The notes beneath the pieces are model-generated. The model was given only the letters and a program-made list of their open reading frames with translations. It was not told the origin of the DNA and did not search any database. 64,000 bases of DNA from the NCBI GenBank assembly GCA_965248265.1, contig CBDFJF010000001.1, positions 2,272,001-2,336,000 of the forward strand, read 5' to 3'. Position 1 is the first letter of the stretch; the number at the start of each line of letters is the position of its first letter. Both the position numbers and the translations under genes were made by a program. Origin of the DNA: Candidatus Latescibacterota bacterium (lineage in GTDB: Bacteria > Latescibacterota > UBA2968 > UBA8231). Positions 29,172 to 38,523 of the stretch are shown piece by piece.

Positions 29172-30156
29172 GCTTTGCCGCGAAGAAGGCCTCCATGATC
29201 CCGTCGGGAAGGATGCGGACGCCGCGTTCAACCCGCTGGTCGTACTCAGCTTTCTGCCATCGCGTCAATCCGGCGCTGACATTGTGTACATCCGGCAATG
29301 CGATCTCCTCCACTTCGAGGGCTGGCCCAAATTGCTCCAGAGCCCGGTCAATGACCGCCTCGTTTTCCTCGGGAGCAAAGGTGCAGGTGGAGTAGACGAG
29401 AACACCGCCGGGTTTGAGGCAGCGCACCGCCGAGTACATCAGCCGTCGCTGCTTCCGGTTCATTTCGCGAATCTTCTTCTCGCTCCAGTAAGCATGGCCA
29501 GCGGGATCTTGCGCGTGGAACCTGCCCTCCGACGAGCAGGGAGCGTCCAACAGAACGCGGTCGAACTGTTCAGGGCACTGCCGCCATACTTTGGTTCCAT
29601 CCTTGAGATAGGTCTGAACGTTGCTGACCCCATTGCGCTCCAGGTTTGCCCGCATCCGGTGGAAGCGCGAGCGCACCGATTCGACCGCCGAAATCCGACC
29701 CGCGTTCGCCATCAATCCTGCCAGATGGGTCGTCTTGCCGCCGGGGGCAGCCGCCAGATCCAGGACCCAGTCCTCGGCCTGGGGGTCGAGGAGGACAGGT
29801 GGTATCATGCTCGAGGGATTCTGCACATAGATGCGTCCTTCCACGCAAGCGGCGCAACGGGTCAGCGCTGAGCGCTGCGAGTCCGGCACGAAGTAACTGC
29901 CCTCGGGCCATGACATGGTCACGACCTCGAACCCATCGGCCGCCAGTTCTGCCAGAACGCTGTCGCAGGCGCCCATGAGGACGTTCACCCTGAAGGTTCC
30001 CCGAATGGGCCTGGTGAAAGTCTCGAGGCAGGTGTCTACCCTGTCGGCTGGCAGGATTCGTGATAGTCTATCAAGAAACAGCGGTGGAATCGCACCATCA
30101 CTGAGATCGCCAGTAACCCTACTCATTGAGATCAATCGTTCGCGAGAAAGGGACAA
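29143..30156 (-). CDS. RsmB/RsmF (NOL1/NOP2) RNA m5C methyltransferase
   Basis: LDLAAAPGGKT, DRVLLDAPCS and VYSTCTFAPEENE motifs. Confidence 0.93.
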   Translation of the reverse strand: MSLSRERLISMSRVTGDLSDGAIPPLFLDRLSRILPADRVDTCLETFTRPIRGTFRVNVLMGACDSVLAELAADGFEVVTMSWPEGSYFVPDSQRSALTRCAACVEGRIYVQNPSSMIPPVLLDPQAEDWVLDLAAAPGGKTTHLAGLMANAGRISAVESVRSRFHRMRANLERNGVSNVQTYLKDGTKVWRQCPEQFDRVLLDAPCSSEGRFHAQDPAGHAYWSEKKIREMNRKQRRLMYSAVRCLKPGGVLVYSTCTFAPEENEAVIDRALEQFGPALEVEEIALPDVHNVSAGLTRWQKAEYDQRVERGVRILPDGIMEAFFAAKLRKCESTED

Positions 30157-30243
30157 ATAGGCTGATCAAAGGCCAAACACTCCCGATGTGATCCGGACCG
30201 TGCACTTGATATCGCTCCCATATTCACCGATATATAGTATTGG

Positions 30244-31137
30244 GTGCGGAACCGAAACTCATTGAAAGGCATCACCTTGCGCCACTTTCGCTGGTCTCTG
30301 GTTGTCCTTCTGTTGCCGAGTTTGCTGGATGCCCAGTATGTCAAACAGCATGAGACCGACCTTGGGAGTGCGGCCTGGCTTCTATACGTCGTACTGGCCG
30401 CGATCATCCTCATACCTGGCTTCTATCTACTGAAAAGCCGGAACGCCGCCACCCGTCCGAGCAAGGCATCCCGACAGAAGAAGGCCAAGGTTTCCGAGGA
30501 TTTCAAACAGCGCGCCGCCGCGCTCGGTTTCACGGTCGGAGAATCCCGCACCCTGGAGCGCATCGCAACACGCCTGACCCCGAAAACGCCACACAATCTG
30601 CTGGTCACGGGAAGCGGCCAGGATTACCTGATTGCCGATCTCGACAAGCGCATCGCCCAGCGACAGCGCGAAGCGAGACTACTCGAGCGCATCAAAGGCA
30701 AAATCCAGAAGATGCAGGGACGAGATGTACACGAACGCGAAAGCATTCGCGTGGAGGCCGATATGCCTATTTGGGTGGTCAAGAAAGGCAGCCAGGCTTC
30801 GCTGGAGCCCGAGGCGCTGGTAGAGGATGAGGAAGCCGCCGAGGAGGAGGAGGATTTTTTCTCCAACATCGAGTCTGTTTCCGGCCGGCTCGTCGATATC
30901 AGCGAGGGTGGCGCCGCCCTCAGGGTGAATCTGGGTCTGAAGAAGGGAGACCGCCTCACCTTCTGGTCTGCCGACAACCAGATCGTACTGGCCGAGTTGA
31001 CAGGTGGGGTCATAACCGTGAACACCGACGGCGGCGAGACCCCCATGATCCACGTGTACTTCATCGATCCGGATTTACGCGAGTTGCGGCTGGCCCTGGC
31101 CGACATCAGGGAGCGATTTCCCCAAACGTCCGCTTGA
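30244..31137 (+). CDS. Membrane-anchored PilZ-domain protein
   Basis: N-terminal TM segments; RESIR (RxxxR) and DISEGG (DxSxxG) c-di-GMP motifs. Confidence 0.75.
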   Translation: MRNRNSLKGITLRHFRWSLVVLLLPSLLDAQYVKQHETDLGSAAWLLYVVLAAIILIPGFYLLKSRNAATRPSKASRQKKAKVSEDFKQRAAALGFTVGESRTLERIATRLTPKTPHNLLVTGSGQDYLIADLDKRIAQRQREARLLERIKGKIQKMQGRDVHERESIRVEADMPIWVVKKGSQASLEPEALVEDEEAAEEEEDFFSNIESVSGRLVDISEGGAALRVNLGLKKGDRLTFWSADNQIVLAELTGGVITVNTDGGETPMIHVYFIDPDLRELRLALADIRERFPQTSA

Positions 31138-31148
31138 CCACTCTTCCG

Positions 31149-32171
31149 TCACGCAGCTACTGACTCCATCGCCGGCGTGTAGTCTCCGGAACGCGCCGCG
31201 CCGTTGCAACGGGCGCGATGGTAGAATGCTTTCTGCGCAGCCTCGGCGTTGGCCATCTCCCCTGACCATTCCTTTAGCGCCGGTTCCAACAACGCCCGGC
31301 CATAGGAAAAGCTGAGCTGCCACGGGCAACCGCCGATCGCATTCATGGCGTTGAGATGCTCCGTCGCCTCCTCCGGGCCTTGGCCTCCGGACAGAAAAAC
31401 GATCCCAGGGACGGCCGCCGGAACACTCCTTTTGAAACACCTGACCGTGGCCGCGGCGACCTCCTCCACACTGGCCTGCCTGGGGCAATCCTTCCCCGCC
31501 AGTACCATATTCGGTTTTAGCAGGGATCCTTCCAGATAGACCCGGTGCTCCATCAACTCCGTGTACATGACACTGAGCATGGTTTCAGTCACTTCTTCAC
31601 ATCGCTCAATGTCATGATCGCCAGCCATGAGAATTTCGGGCTCGACGATTGGGACGATGCCGGCTTCCTGCGACAGCGCCGCGTTGCGCGCCAGAGCATG
31701 GGCATTGGCCCGCATGCAGAACGCGGTCGGAATCCCCTCGCCAATGGCGATGGTGGCCCGCCACTTCGAGAACCGGGCCCCGAGTCGACCCCACTCAGCC
31801 AATCGGTCAGCCAGACCGTCCAACCCGCCCGTCACCTTTTCTTCCGGAAAACCACTCAGATCGACGACACCGCTATCCGACTTGATGCCGGGAATCACCC
31901 CGCGTTCGGAAAGTATCTGCGGAAGCGGAGTGCCATCCGCCGCGGACTGCTTGATGGTCTCGTCGTACAGGATGACGCCGCTGATGAACTCTTCCATGCC
32001 GGCGGTTCGAAACAGCAATTCCCGGTACGAGCGCCGGTTATCCTCCGTCGCTTGCAGGCCGATACTGTCAAACCTGTTCTGGATGGTCTTACTGCCCTCG
32101 TCCGCCGCCAGAATGCCCTTTCCCGGGGCAACGAGGGCCTGCGCCGTCGACGCCAGTTGTTCCTTGTCCAT
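31149..32171 (-). CDS. Class I fructose-bisphosphate aldolase (animal/plant-type family)
   Basis: KGILAADE, VPIVEPE, LLKPNM, FLSGGQ and FSYGRAL motifs. Confidence 0.95.
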   Translation of the reverse strand: MDKEQLASTAQALVAPGKGILAADEGSKTIQNRFDSIGLQATEDNRRSYRELLFRTAGMEEFISGVILYDETIKQSAADGTPLPQILSERGVIPGIKSDSGVVDLSGFPEEKVTGGLDGLADRLAEWGRLGARFSKWRATIAIGEGIPTAFCMRANAHALARNAALSQEAGIVPIVEPEILMAGDHDIERCEEVTETMLSVMYTELMEHRVYLEGSLLKPNMVLAGKDCPRQASVEEVAAATVRCFKRSVPAAVPGIVFLSGGQGPEEATEHLNAMNAIGGCPWQLSFSYGRALLEPALKEWSGEMANAEAAQKAFYHRARCNGAARSGDYTPAMESVAA

Positions 32172-32221
32172 GCCTTGGGCCTCCTTGTGCCGCACCAAAA
32201 TGTAGTGCGGTCTCCCCTTCA

Positions 32222-32381
32222 GTCCAGAGGCGGCTCAACTGCCTTTCATAAGAGATTCCGCGTCAGGCGCCTCCACTAGACTTTTTCATGTAAGATACCA
32301 CCGCAAGCCCTTCAGCTAGATTTCTTCATATAAGATTCGGCGTCAGGCGCTTCCTCTAGATTTTTTCATGTACGATTCCGC
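32222..32381 (-). repeat. Degenerate 40-bp tandem repeat (about 3.7 copies) of the fbp 3' end
   Basis: Units 32342-32381, 32302-32341, 32262-32301 and 32222-32261 share (GAA)TC...ATGAA. Confidence 0.8.
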
Positions 32382-33350
32382 CTCCTGGACATCCTCCCGA
32401 CTGCCGATGACGAGGGGGACTCGCTGGTGCAGTTCAGTGGGCTGAATGTCGAGGACTCGGGAGGTGCCGGTCGATGCCAGGCCGCCGGCCTGTTCGACGA
32501 TGTATGCCAGCGGGGAGGCCTCGTAAAGCAGCCGCAACTTGCCTTCTGGGGCTTTGACGTGCGCTGGATAGAGAAAGACCCCTCCCTTGAGCAGATTGCG
32601 ATGAAAATCGGCAACCAGTGAACCCACGTAACGCGCCGAGTAGGGTTGACCAGAATCTGGCTGTTTCAAATGGTCGATGTAGCGCTGTACGCCAGCATCC
32701 CAGCCCCAGTAATTGCCCTCATTCACCGAGTAAATACTGCCCCGCTCCGGGATGCGAATATCCTCATGTGACAGTAGAAACTCGCCGACGCTCGGATCCA
32801 GCGTAAAGCCGTGCACTCCCCGGCCGGTGGTGTAGACGAGCATCGTGCTGGAACCGTATATGATGTACCCGGCAACAACCTGCTCACTCCCTTTTCTGAG
32901 AAATTCACTCAGACCAGCGGCTGTGCCGTCATCATCCTTGCGCCGGTAGATTGAGAAGATGGTGCCGATGCTGACGTTGACGTCGATGTTGGAAGAGCCG
33001 TCGACTGGGTCGAACAGCAGGACGTACTTGCCACGTGGATGTTCGTTCGGTATGGGATAGATCTCCTCTAATTCCTCCGAAGCCATCCCCACCAGGTGCC
33101 CGGTGTGCTCGGCCGTACGAATGATCAACGTATTGGCGACCTCATCGAGCTTTTGCACGTCCTCACCGTGCACGTTGGTATGGCCGGTAAAGCCGAAAAC
33201 ATCAGCCAGGCCGGCTTTGTTGACCTCCCTTGAGATGATCTTTGCCACCGTCAGCAGGTGCACGACGAGCTCCGTGAACTCTCCCGTGGCATCCGGATAG
33301 CGGCGCTGCTCTTCGATCAGGAATCGGGTGAAATTGGTGCCTAAATCCAT
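32343..33350 (-). CDS. fbp: Class I fructose-1,6-bisphosphatase
   Basis: FDPVDGSSNID, RYVGSLVADFHR and GKLRLLYE motifs. Confidence 0.96.
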   Translation of the reverse strand: MDLGTNFTRFLIEEQRRYPDATGEFTELVVHLLTVAKIISREVNKAGLADVFGFTGHTNVHGEDVQKLDEVANTLIIRTAEHTGHLVGMASEELEEIYPIPNEHPRGKYVLLFDPVDGSSNIDVNVSIGTIFSIYRRKDDDGTAAGLSEFLRKGSEQVVAGYIIYGSSTMLVYTTGRGVHGFTLDPSVGEFLLSHEDIRIPERGSIYSVNEGNYWGWDAGVQRYIDHLKQPDSGQPYSARYVGSLVADFHRNLLKGGVFLYPAHVKAPEGKLRLLYEASPLAYIVEQAGGLASTGTSRVLDIQPTELHQRVPLVIGSREDVQEAESYMKKSRGSA

Positions 33351-33442
33351 ATTGCCTCCCTGCGGCCAGACGGAAAAAAACCGTTGCTGGCGATGATGCA
33401 GCCAGCAACGGCGGGAGTCAAGGTCCCGGCGTAATGTTCAGC

Positions 33443-33850
33443 TCAGCTTTCGTCCCCATCGGAACCGCCGCCTGCGCTCAGGATGGCGCAGTAACTCGAG
33501 CGGTAGACCACCAGGCCTAGGTAGAGCTCGAGGATGAGAACGAGAATCGCCAGGGGAAAACCAGCATCCGGGGACAGAAAAGCATGAAACAGGAAGATCT
33601 GCAGCACGATCGGCGCGAGAAACAGCAGCGCCAGGGGCACGAAGCGACCGGACAGCAGCAGAGCTCCGCTGACGATCTCGAAGATCTTGAGAACGGGAAA
33701 GAAATAACCCGTCGCGCCGAGCGCACCCATGAAAGCCATCGCTTCCTCCCCCATGGGTGGCGGCTGGATGAAATGGAAGAAACCGTTGAGGCCGAAAACG
33801 AAAAGGATGAGCCCGAGAATGATGCGGGCGATGAGCGCCACTTTTCCCAT
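33443..33850 (-). CDS. DoxX family membrane protein
   Basis: RIILGLILFVFGLNGF...E...G.LLL...PLA pattern; four TMs. Confidence 0.8.
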   Translation of the reverse strand: MGKVALIARIILGLILFVFGLNGFFHFIQPPPMGEEAMAFMGALGATGYFFPVLKIFEIVSGALLLSGRFVPLALLFLAPIVLQIFLFHAFLSPDAGFPLAILVLILELYLGLVVYRSSYCAILSAGGGSDGDES

Positions 33851-33977
33851 TGTGACTTCTCCTTGGGATTTAGGCACGTGCCGGTCTGACCCGTACCGAT
33901 GGGTGAAGGGTGGGATACCCGAAATATAGCGACGGACCGCCCATTTCGGGGGACTGGCCTTGCGCCCAGCTCCAGGA

Positions 33978-34027
33978 TTGACGAGGTTTTAGCCTTGGCT
34001 AATTTTTACTGCAGCCAAAGCTAATTT
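33978..34027 (+). promoter_or_regulatory. Promoter with DtxR/MntR-like operator
   Basis: TTGACG (33978), then the palindrome TTAGCC-TT-GGCTAA (33989-34002) and a second degenerate copy AGCCAAAGCTAATTT. Confidence 0.5.
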
Positions 34028-34081
34028 TCAACCTGACTAGGCACTAACTTTTCCTGCCCAAATCCTGGAGGCGCAACTCGT

Positions 34082-35308
34082 ATGAACTGGACAATTCGCA
34101 CGAATTGGAGAAGGTCCCTTCGGTCGTTGGCGATGATTCCCTGCCTCATGCTCTTCGCTTGCGACACCCTGATGACGGAGGCTCCCACTGCTGGAGATGA
34201 CTTCGAGTCGCCATTCGATGGAATGTCTCATGACCTGAATGCGCTGTTTCTCGAGGGCGACGAGAACTTCGAGCGCGCGTTCACAATCGAAGACGGCCTC
34301 GGCCCCATTTTCAACAACGTCGGCTGCGAGGGTTGTCACCCCGGCGACGGACGGGGCACTGCCGAACTCGGGTTTTTCCGTTTCAGCGTCGGCAGTGATC
34401 TGGTAGAGGGCGAAGGCGGCCCACAACACCAGGACAAGGCCATCCCGGGCGTTCCACTGGAGACCATCCCGGCGGGCGTCGATCGCTCCTTCAGAATGCC
34501 GCCACCGGTATTCGGCGTCGGCCTGATCGAGGCCATTCCTGAGGCCACGATCCTGGCTCTCGCTGATGAGGACGACGAGGACTCCGACGGAATATCGGGT
34601 CGGCCCAACTGGGTTCAGGCGGACACCTACGTATCTGAGGCAAACATCGGCGGTGGCAGTGGGCAGGTGCTGGGCCGGTTCTCGCGCAAAGCCCAGGTTT
34701 CGTCCTTGCTGCAGCAGGTAGTCGAAGCCTATCACGGGGACATCGGCATTACCAGTGACTTCAAACCGGAGGAAAACCCGCATCCGCAGGCGGGCAGTGT
34801 CGCCACGGGTGATCAAGTACCTGACCCCGAGATTCCCGCATCGACGGTCCTGGAAACCGTCATGTACGTACGGCTGCTGCAACCTCCGGCACGAGGTGAG
34901 ATCACGGCACAGGTGCAGCAAGGTGACGGACTCTTCACTCAGATTGGCTGCGCCACTTGCCACGTTCCGACGCTGACTACGGACGTCAGTGACATTCCAG
35001 CACTCAGTCAACAGCAGGCGAACATATACTCCGACCTGCTGCTGCACGATATGGGAGATGATCTGGCAGACTACCGCCCCGATGGGGATGCCACCGGCAC
35101 GGAGTGGCGCACGGCGCCGTTGTGGGGGACGCGGCTGGTCGGCGATTTCCTCAACGGAGGGGAATTCTACCTCCACGACGGCCGCGCCCGATCTCTGCAC
35201 GATGCCATCGTCCTGCACGGAGGAGAGGCTCAGGGTTCAACGGATCGCTACAACAACCTGGACGCCTCCGAACAACAAGCCCTCGTCGCCTTCTTGAAAT
35301 CGCTGTGA
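34082..35308 (+). CDS. Di-haem oxidoreductase (DHOR) family lipoprotein
   Basis: Lipobox LFAC; GLGPIFN..CEGCH, CATCH, YSDLLLHDMG, WRTAPLWG and YLHDGRAR motifs. Confidence 0.9.
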   Translation: MNWTIRTNWRRSLRSLAMIPCLMLFACDTLMTEAPTAGDDFESPFDGMSHDLNALFLEGDENFERAFTIEDGLGPIFNNVGCEGCHPGDGRGTAELGFFRFSVGSDLVEGEGGPQHQDKAIPGVPLETIPAGVDRSFRMPPPVFGVGLIEAIPEATILALADEDDEDSDGISGRPNWVQADTYVSEANIGGGSGQVLGRFSRKAQVSSLLQQVVEAYHGDIGITSDFKPEENPHPQAGSVATGDQVPDPEIPASTVLETVMYVRLLQPPARGEITAQVQQGDGLFTQIGCATCHVPTLTTDVSDIPALSQQQANIYSDLLLHDMGDDLADYRPDGDATGTEWRTAPLWGTRLVGDFLNGGEFYLHDGRARSLHDAIVLHGGEAQGSTDRYNNLDASEQQALVAFLKSL

Positions 35309-35328
35309 TCGGGAGAATGGAGCAAGTG

Positions 35329-36498
35329 ATGATGAACAGATCTATACTGATGGTATTGCTGGCCTTTTTGATTACCCCCGTGATCGCGTTTGCCGAAGGA
35401 AACGACGATGCGGATGATGCTGGTCGTCCGTTCGTCGCAGGTGGCATCACCGACAAACCGTTCATAACCGGTATCGCCCGCACCAGTATCGGCGGCTACA
35501 CGGAGGCGCATTGGCGTTGGGAACGCGGAGATGGCCTCACGGAAGAGCTGGGCTTCGAGATGAAGCGTTTCAACCTGTTCGCCTATTCCCCGGTTTCCGA
35601 CCGGGTCAAGGTGGCGGCCGAGCTCGAGTTTGAGGAGGGCGGCGAGGAAATCAAGATCGAGGTCGCCCAGGTGGATTTCGAGATCCATCCCTCGTTGAAT
35701 TTTCGCGGCGGCATCATCCTGGCGCCGCTGGGCCGCTTCAATCTGGCCCATGACAGTCCAGCCAATGATCTCACGGACCGGCCTCTGGTGAGCACCCAGA
35801 TCGTGCCGACGGCACTCTCTGAAGCCGGTATGGGCTTCTACGGCGCATTCTACCCTTCGCCGGACATGCGCATCACGTACGAGGCCTACGGCGTGAACGG
35901 TTTCGGTGACGGCGTTATCGGTGACCCTGATGGGACCCGAATCGCTGCGGGCAAGGGCAACCTGGAGGACAACAACAACAGGCCTTCCTTCGTCGGCCGC
36001 GTTACCGTATCACCGAACACAGCCTGGGAGGTCGGCGCATCCGTTCACACCGGACCCTACAACACCTGGCAGATCGAGGAGCTGGAAATTGACGAGCGCC
36101 GTAGCTTGACGTTGTTCGTCCTCGATGCCGACGTGGCCTGGCGCCGTTTCGAACTGCAAGGCGAATACGCCCGAGCGTCCATCGACGTACCGACGCAGAG
36201 CGCCATATTCGCCGAAAGCCAGTCGGGCTACTACCTGCAGCTCAACTCGCACTTCGGTCACGGTTGGTTTGCTGAAATGCCGGGTTCTCAGTTCACTGGA
36301 ATAGTGCGCTACGGCCTGGTGGATTTCGACACCGACACGGACGGGGACAGCCACCGGCGGCTGACACTGGGGGTCAACTTCCGGCCGCTCGAGGATTCGG
36401 TGTTCAAACTGGACTATCAGCGCAACTGGACCCGGGATGCATTCGAAAACCAGGGCAAGGGCGCCGCATTGATCTTCAGCGTGGCGACCTATTTCTAG
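35329..36498 (+). CDS. Outer-membrane porin-like beta-barrel
   Basis: Signal peptide; ELEFEEG motif; amphipathic strands; terminal ATYF. Confidence 0.75.
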   Translation: MMNRSILMVLLAFLITPVIAFAEGNDDADDAGRPFVAGGITDKPFITGIARTSIGGYTEAHWRWERGDGLTEELGFEMKRFNLFAYSPVSDRVKVAAELEFEEGGEEIKIEVAQVDFEIHPSLNFRGGIILAPLGRFNLAHDSPANDLTDRPLVSTQIVPTALSEAGMGFYGAFYPSPDMRITYEAYGVNGFGDGVIGDPDGTRIAAGKGNLEDNNNRPSFVGRVTVSPNTAWEVGASVHTGPYNTWQIEELEIDERRSLTLFVLDADVAWRRFELQGEYARASIDVPTQSAIFAESQSGYYLQLNSHFGHGWFAEMPGSQFTGIVRYGLVDFDTDTDGDSHRRLTLGVNFRPLEDSVFKLDYQRNWTRDAFENQGKGAALIFSVATYF

Positions 36499-36506
36499 CC
36501 GGAGCT

Positions 36507-36567
36507 TCGGAGCGGTTGTCGGAACGGTTTCCAGAGCGGTTGTCGGAGCGGTTGTCGGAGCGGTTGC
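36507..36567. repeat. 12-bp tandem repeat (CGGAGCGGTTGT) x5, degenerate
   Basis: Directly visible downstream of the porin stop. Confidence 0.8.
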
Positions 36568-36685
36568 CTACTCGAGTAGAAGACCCTATTTTTGCTCGTT
36601 TGGCTTTACTGCGGCCGCTTTAGAGGAGGCGTCCGTTACAAACCCTCCGACCTGGTGGGTATTCGTTGTGTAAAAGGAGCTCCAG

Positions 36686-37024
36686 ATGGTGAATTTCAGC
36701 GTCGAGGTGTACGACGACGAGCATTTCGAAAGGGCCCTGCGCCGGTTTTCCGTCAAGACCAAGAAAACCGGACTGATGCGGGATCTCAAACGCAAACGCT
36801 TCTACACCAAGCCTTCTGTGCAGAAGAAGATTGATCGCCAGAAGAGCATCAGGCGTCAGAAGAAGGCCGAGCGGCTCGCCGAACTGGCTGCCGGAGGCAA
36901 GGACCTGCGCAAAGGCAGAGGCAGAGGCGCCAAAGGCCGTGACGATCAGAGATCGGGACCACCCAGATTTGGTTCGGGTGGCGGCTTTGGTGGCGGTGGC
37001 GGCTTTGGCAGCGACTCCAGGTAA
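36686..37024 (+). CDS. rpsU: 30S ribosomal protein bS21 with Arg/Gly-rich C-terminal extension
   Basis: FERALRRF...G...KRKRFYTKPS motif; AAGGAG RBS. Confidence 0.88.
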   Translation: MVNFSVEVYDDEHFERALRRFSVKTKKTGLMRDLKRKRFYTKPSVQKKIDRQKSIRRQKKAERLAELAAGGKDLRKGRGRGAKGRDDQRSGPPRFGSGGGFGGGGGFGSDSR

Positions 37025-37025
37025 A

Positions 37026-38138
37026 TTATCGGGCCTGCGCCATCTCCTCGAGTTCGTTTCCGAGGAATTCCCTGCGCCAGCCCTGTAGCAGTTTTCCGTC
37101 GACTGATGCGCCGGAACCCCTCCCCCGCATCAGCTGACGTACCTCCGACCGCGTCGCCACGAGCTCGTGGTCGATCCCACGCTCCGCACTGCGCTCTTCC
37201 AAAACTTTTATCGCTTCCGCGGAACGTTTTTCAGCGCGTTCGTCGTACCGCGACCTCGGCATCGATTGTGGGCAATCCTCATCGCTCACTTCGAGGCCGG
37301 CACTGACCGCAGACAACAGACCTGCTCCGTAGCGCTCAACCCTGTTCTCTCTGAACCCCTTGACTTTCCTGAGGTCGTCGGCGGTCCTGGGTTTCAGCGA
37401 CGACAACATCAGCAGCGTCTTGTCGGCAAGGACGCGACTGCGTGGACGGTCTTGTTCCCTGGCCACCAGATCGCGCCACGCAGCGAGTTCGCGCAACACC
37501 GCCAGTCCTCGCCTGTTGAGCTTTCCCGAACCCTTGATGCGATCATACTGGCATCGAGGGTCACGCTCTTCGTAGAGTTCGGCATCATCCAATGACGCCA
37601 ATTCCTCTTCCAACCAGAGCTCCAGTCCGCGAGCACGCGCTCTTTCGAGCAAACGTTCGCGCAATTCGATCAGAAAGCACACGTCTCCTTTGGCGTATTC
37701 TATCTGCATCGTTGACAGCGGCCGTTGCAGCCAGTCCGTGCGGGTCTCCGTTTTCTCCAACTCCACGGAGAGCACTTCCTGCAGCAGGCCCCTCAACGAG
37801 ATTCGACAACTGAGGCCGGCGAAACCCGCGGCCACGCGCGTGTCAAAAACTGATTTGGTAGAAGCCCCGGTAGCTCGCCGCAAAACTGTCAGATCCTGTA
37901 CGGCGTCGTGAAGTATCTTGACGTGCGGCCCGCCCAGGAATGAGCCCAACGCCGACAACCCGTCGCCGATGGCTGGAACGTCTATGAGGATGCAGTCATC
38001 CGGAGGAAGTGCGACCTGGATGATGCCGAGTTTGGGATAGAAGGTCCGCTCCCAAACCATTTCGGTGTCGATGCCGGCGATGCCGGCCTCGCTGAGGTCG
38101 GATAGGAGAGCCTCCAGGTCGCCGAGATTGTCGATCAT
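37026..38138 (-). CDS. rnd: Ribonuclease D
   Basis: DTE, KILHDAVQD, FDTRVAA and TDWLQRPLS motifs; HRDC domain. Confidence 0.92.
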   Translation of the reverse strand: MIDNLGDLEALLSDLSEAGIAGIDTEMVWERTFYPKLGIIQVALPPDDCILIDVPAIGDGLSALGSFLGGPHVKILHDAVQDLTVLRRATGASTKSVFDTRVAAGFAGLSCRISLRGLLQEVLSVELEKTETRTDWLQRPLSTMQIEYAKGDVCFLIELRERLLERARARGLELWLEEELASLDDAELYEERDPRCQYDRIKGSGKLNRRGLAVLRELAAWRDLVAREQDRPRSRVLADKTLLMLSSLKPRTADDLRKVKGFRENRVERYGAGLLSAVSAGLEVSDEDCPQSMPRSRYDERAEKRSAEAIKVLEERSAERGIDHELVATRSEVRQLMRGRGSGASVDGKLLQGWRREFLGNELEEMAQAR

Positions 38139-38172
38139 GCGCCCGGAATCCGGGAATGACGTAGGCTCAACG

Positions 38173-38523
38173 TCATTCGGCGTCGAGCGTTTGGAACGGC
38201 GCAGGGTGAACGAACTCGTCGACGACCTTTCCGCCAATCAGGTGCTCCTGAATGATCCGTTCCAGCTTTTCAGGCGTAACCGAACGATACCAAACCCCTT
38301 CCGGGTAGACGACGGCAGTGGGACCGCTGTCGCACACCCGCAGGCAATCCGCCTTGGTGCGGTGGATTCCGCCGCGTGGATCCCCGTGCCCGAGTTCGCG
38401 CAACCTTTTCTTCAGAAAGTCCCAGCATCGAGCGCCGGTGTCATCGCTGTGACACTTCGGCTTGGTCGGAGTGGCGCACAAGAATATGTGACGCTCGACC
38501 CCCGTGCTTGTGTTGTCAGTCAT
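38173..38523 (-). CDS. Thioredoxin-like [2Fe-2S] ferredoxin
   Basis: RHIFLC...C...CLRVC..GP...VYPEGVWY pattern. Confidence 0.9.
   Translation of the reverse strand: MTDNTSTGVERHIFLCATPTKPKCHSDDTGARCWDFLKKRLRELGHGDPRGGIHRTKADCLRVCDSGPTAVVYPEGVWYRSVTPEKLERIIQEHLIGGKVVDEFVHPAPFQTLDAE

Noticed and set aside
32222-32381. Possible CRISPR array
   Set aside because: The units are contiguous and degenerate, with no unique spacers and no cas genes.
34037-35218. 393-aa antisense ORF (likewise 53403-54527, 10619-11761, 7143-8093 and similar)
   Set aside because: These are shadow ORFs opposite well-supported genes in high-GC DNA and show no recognisable motifs.
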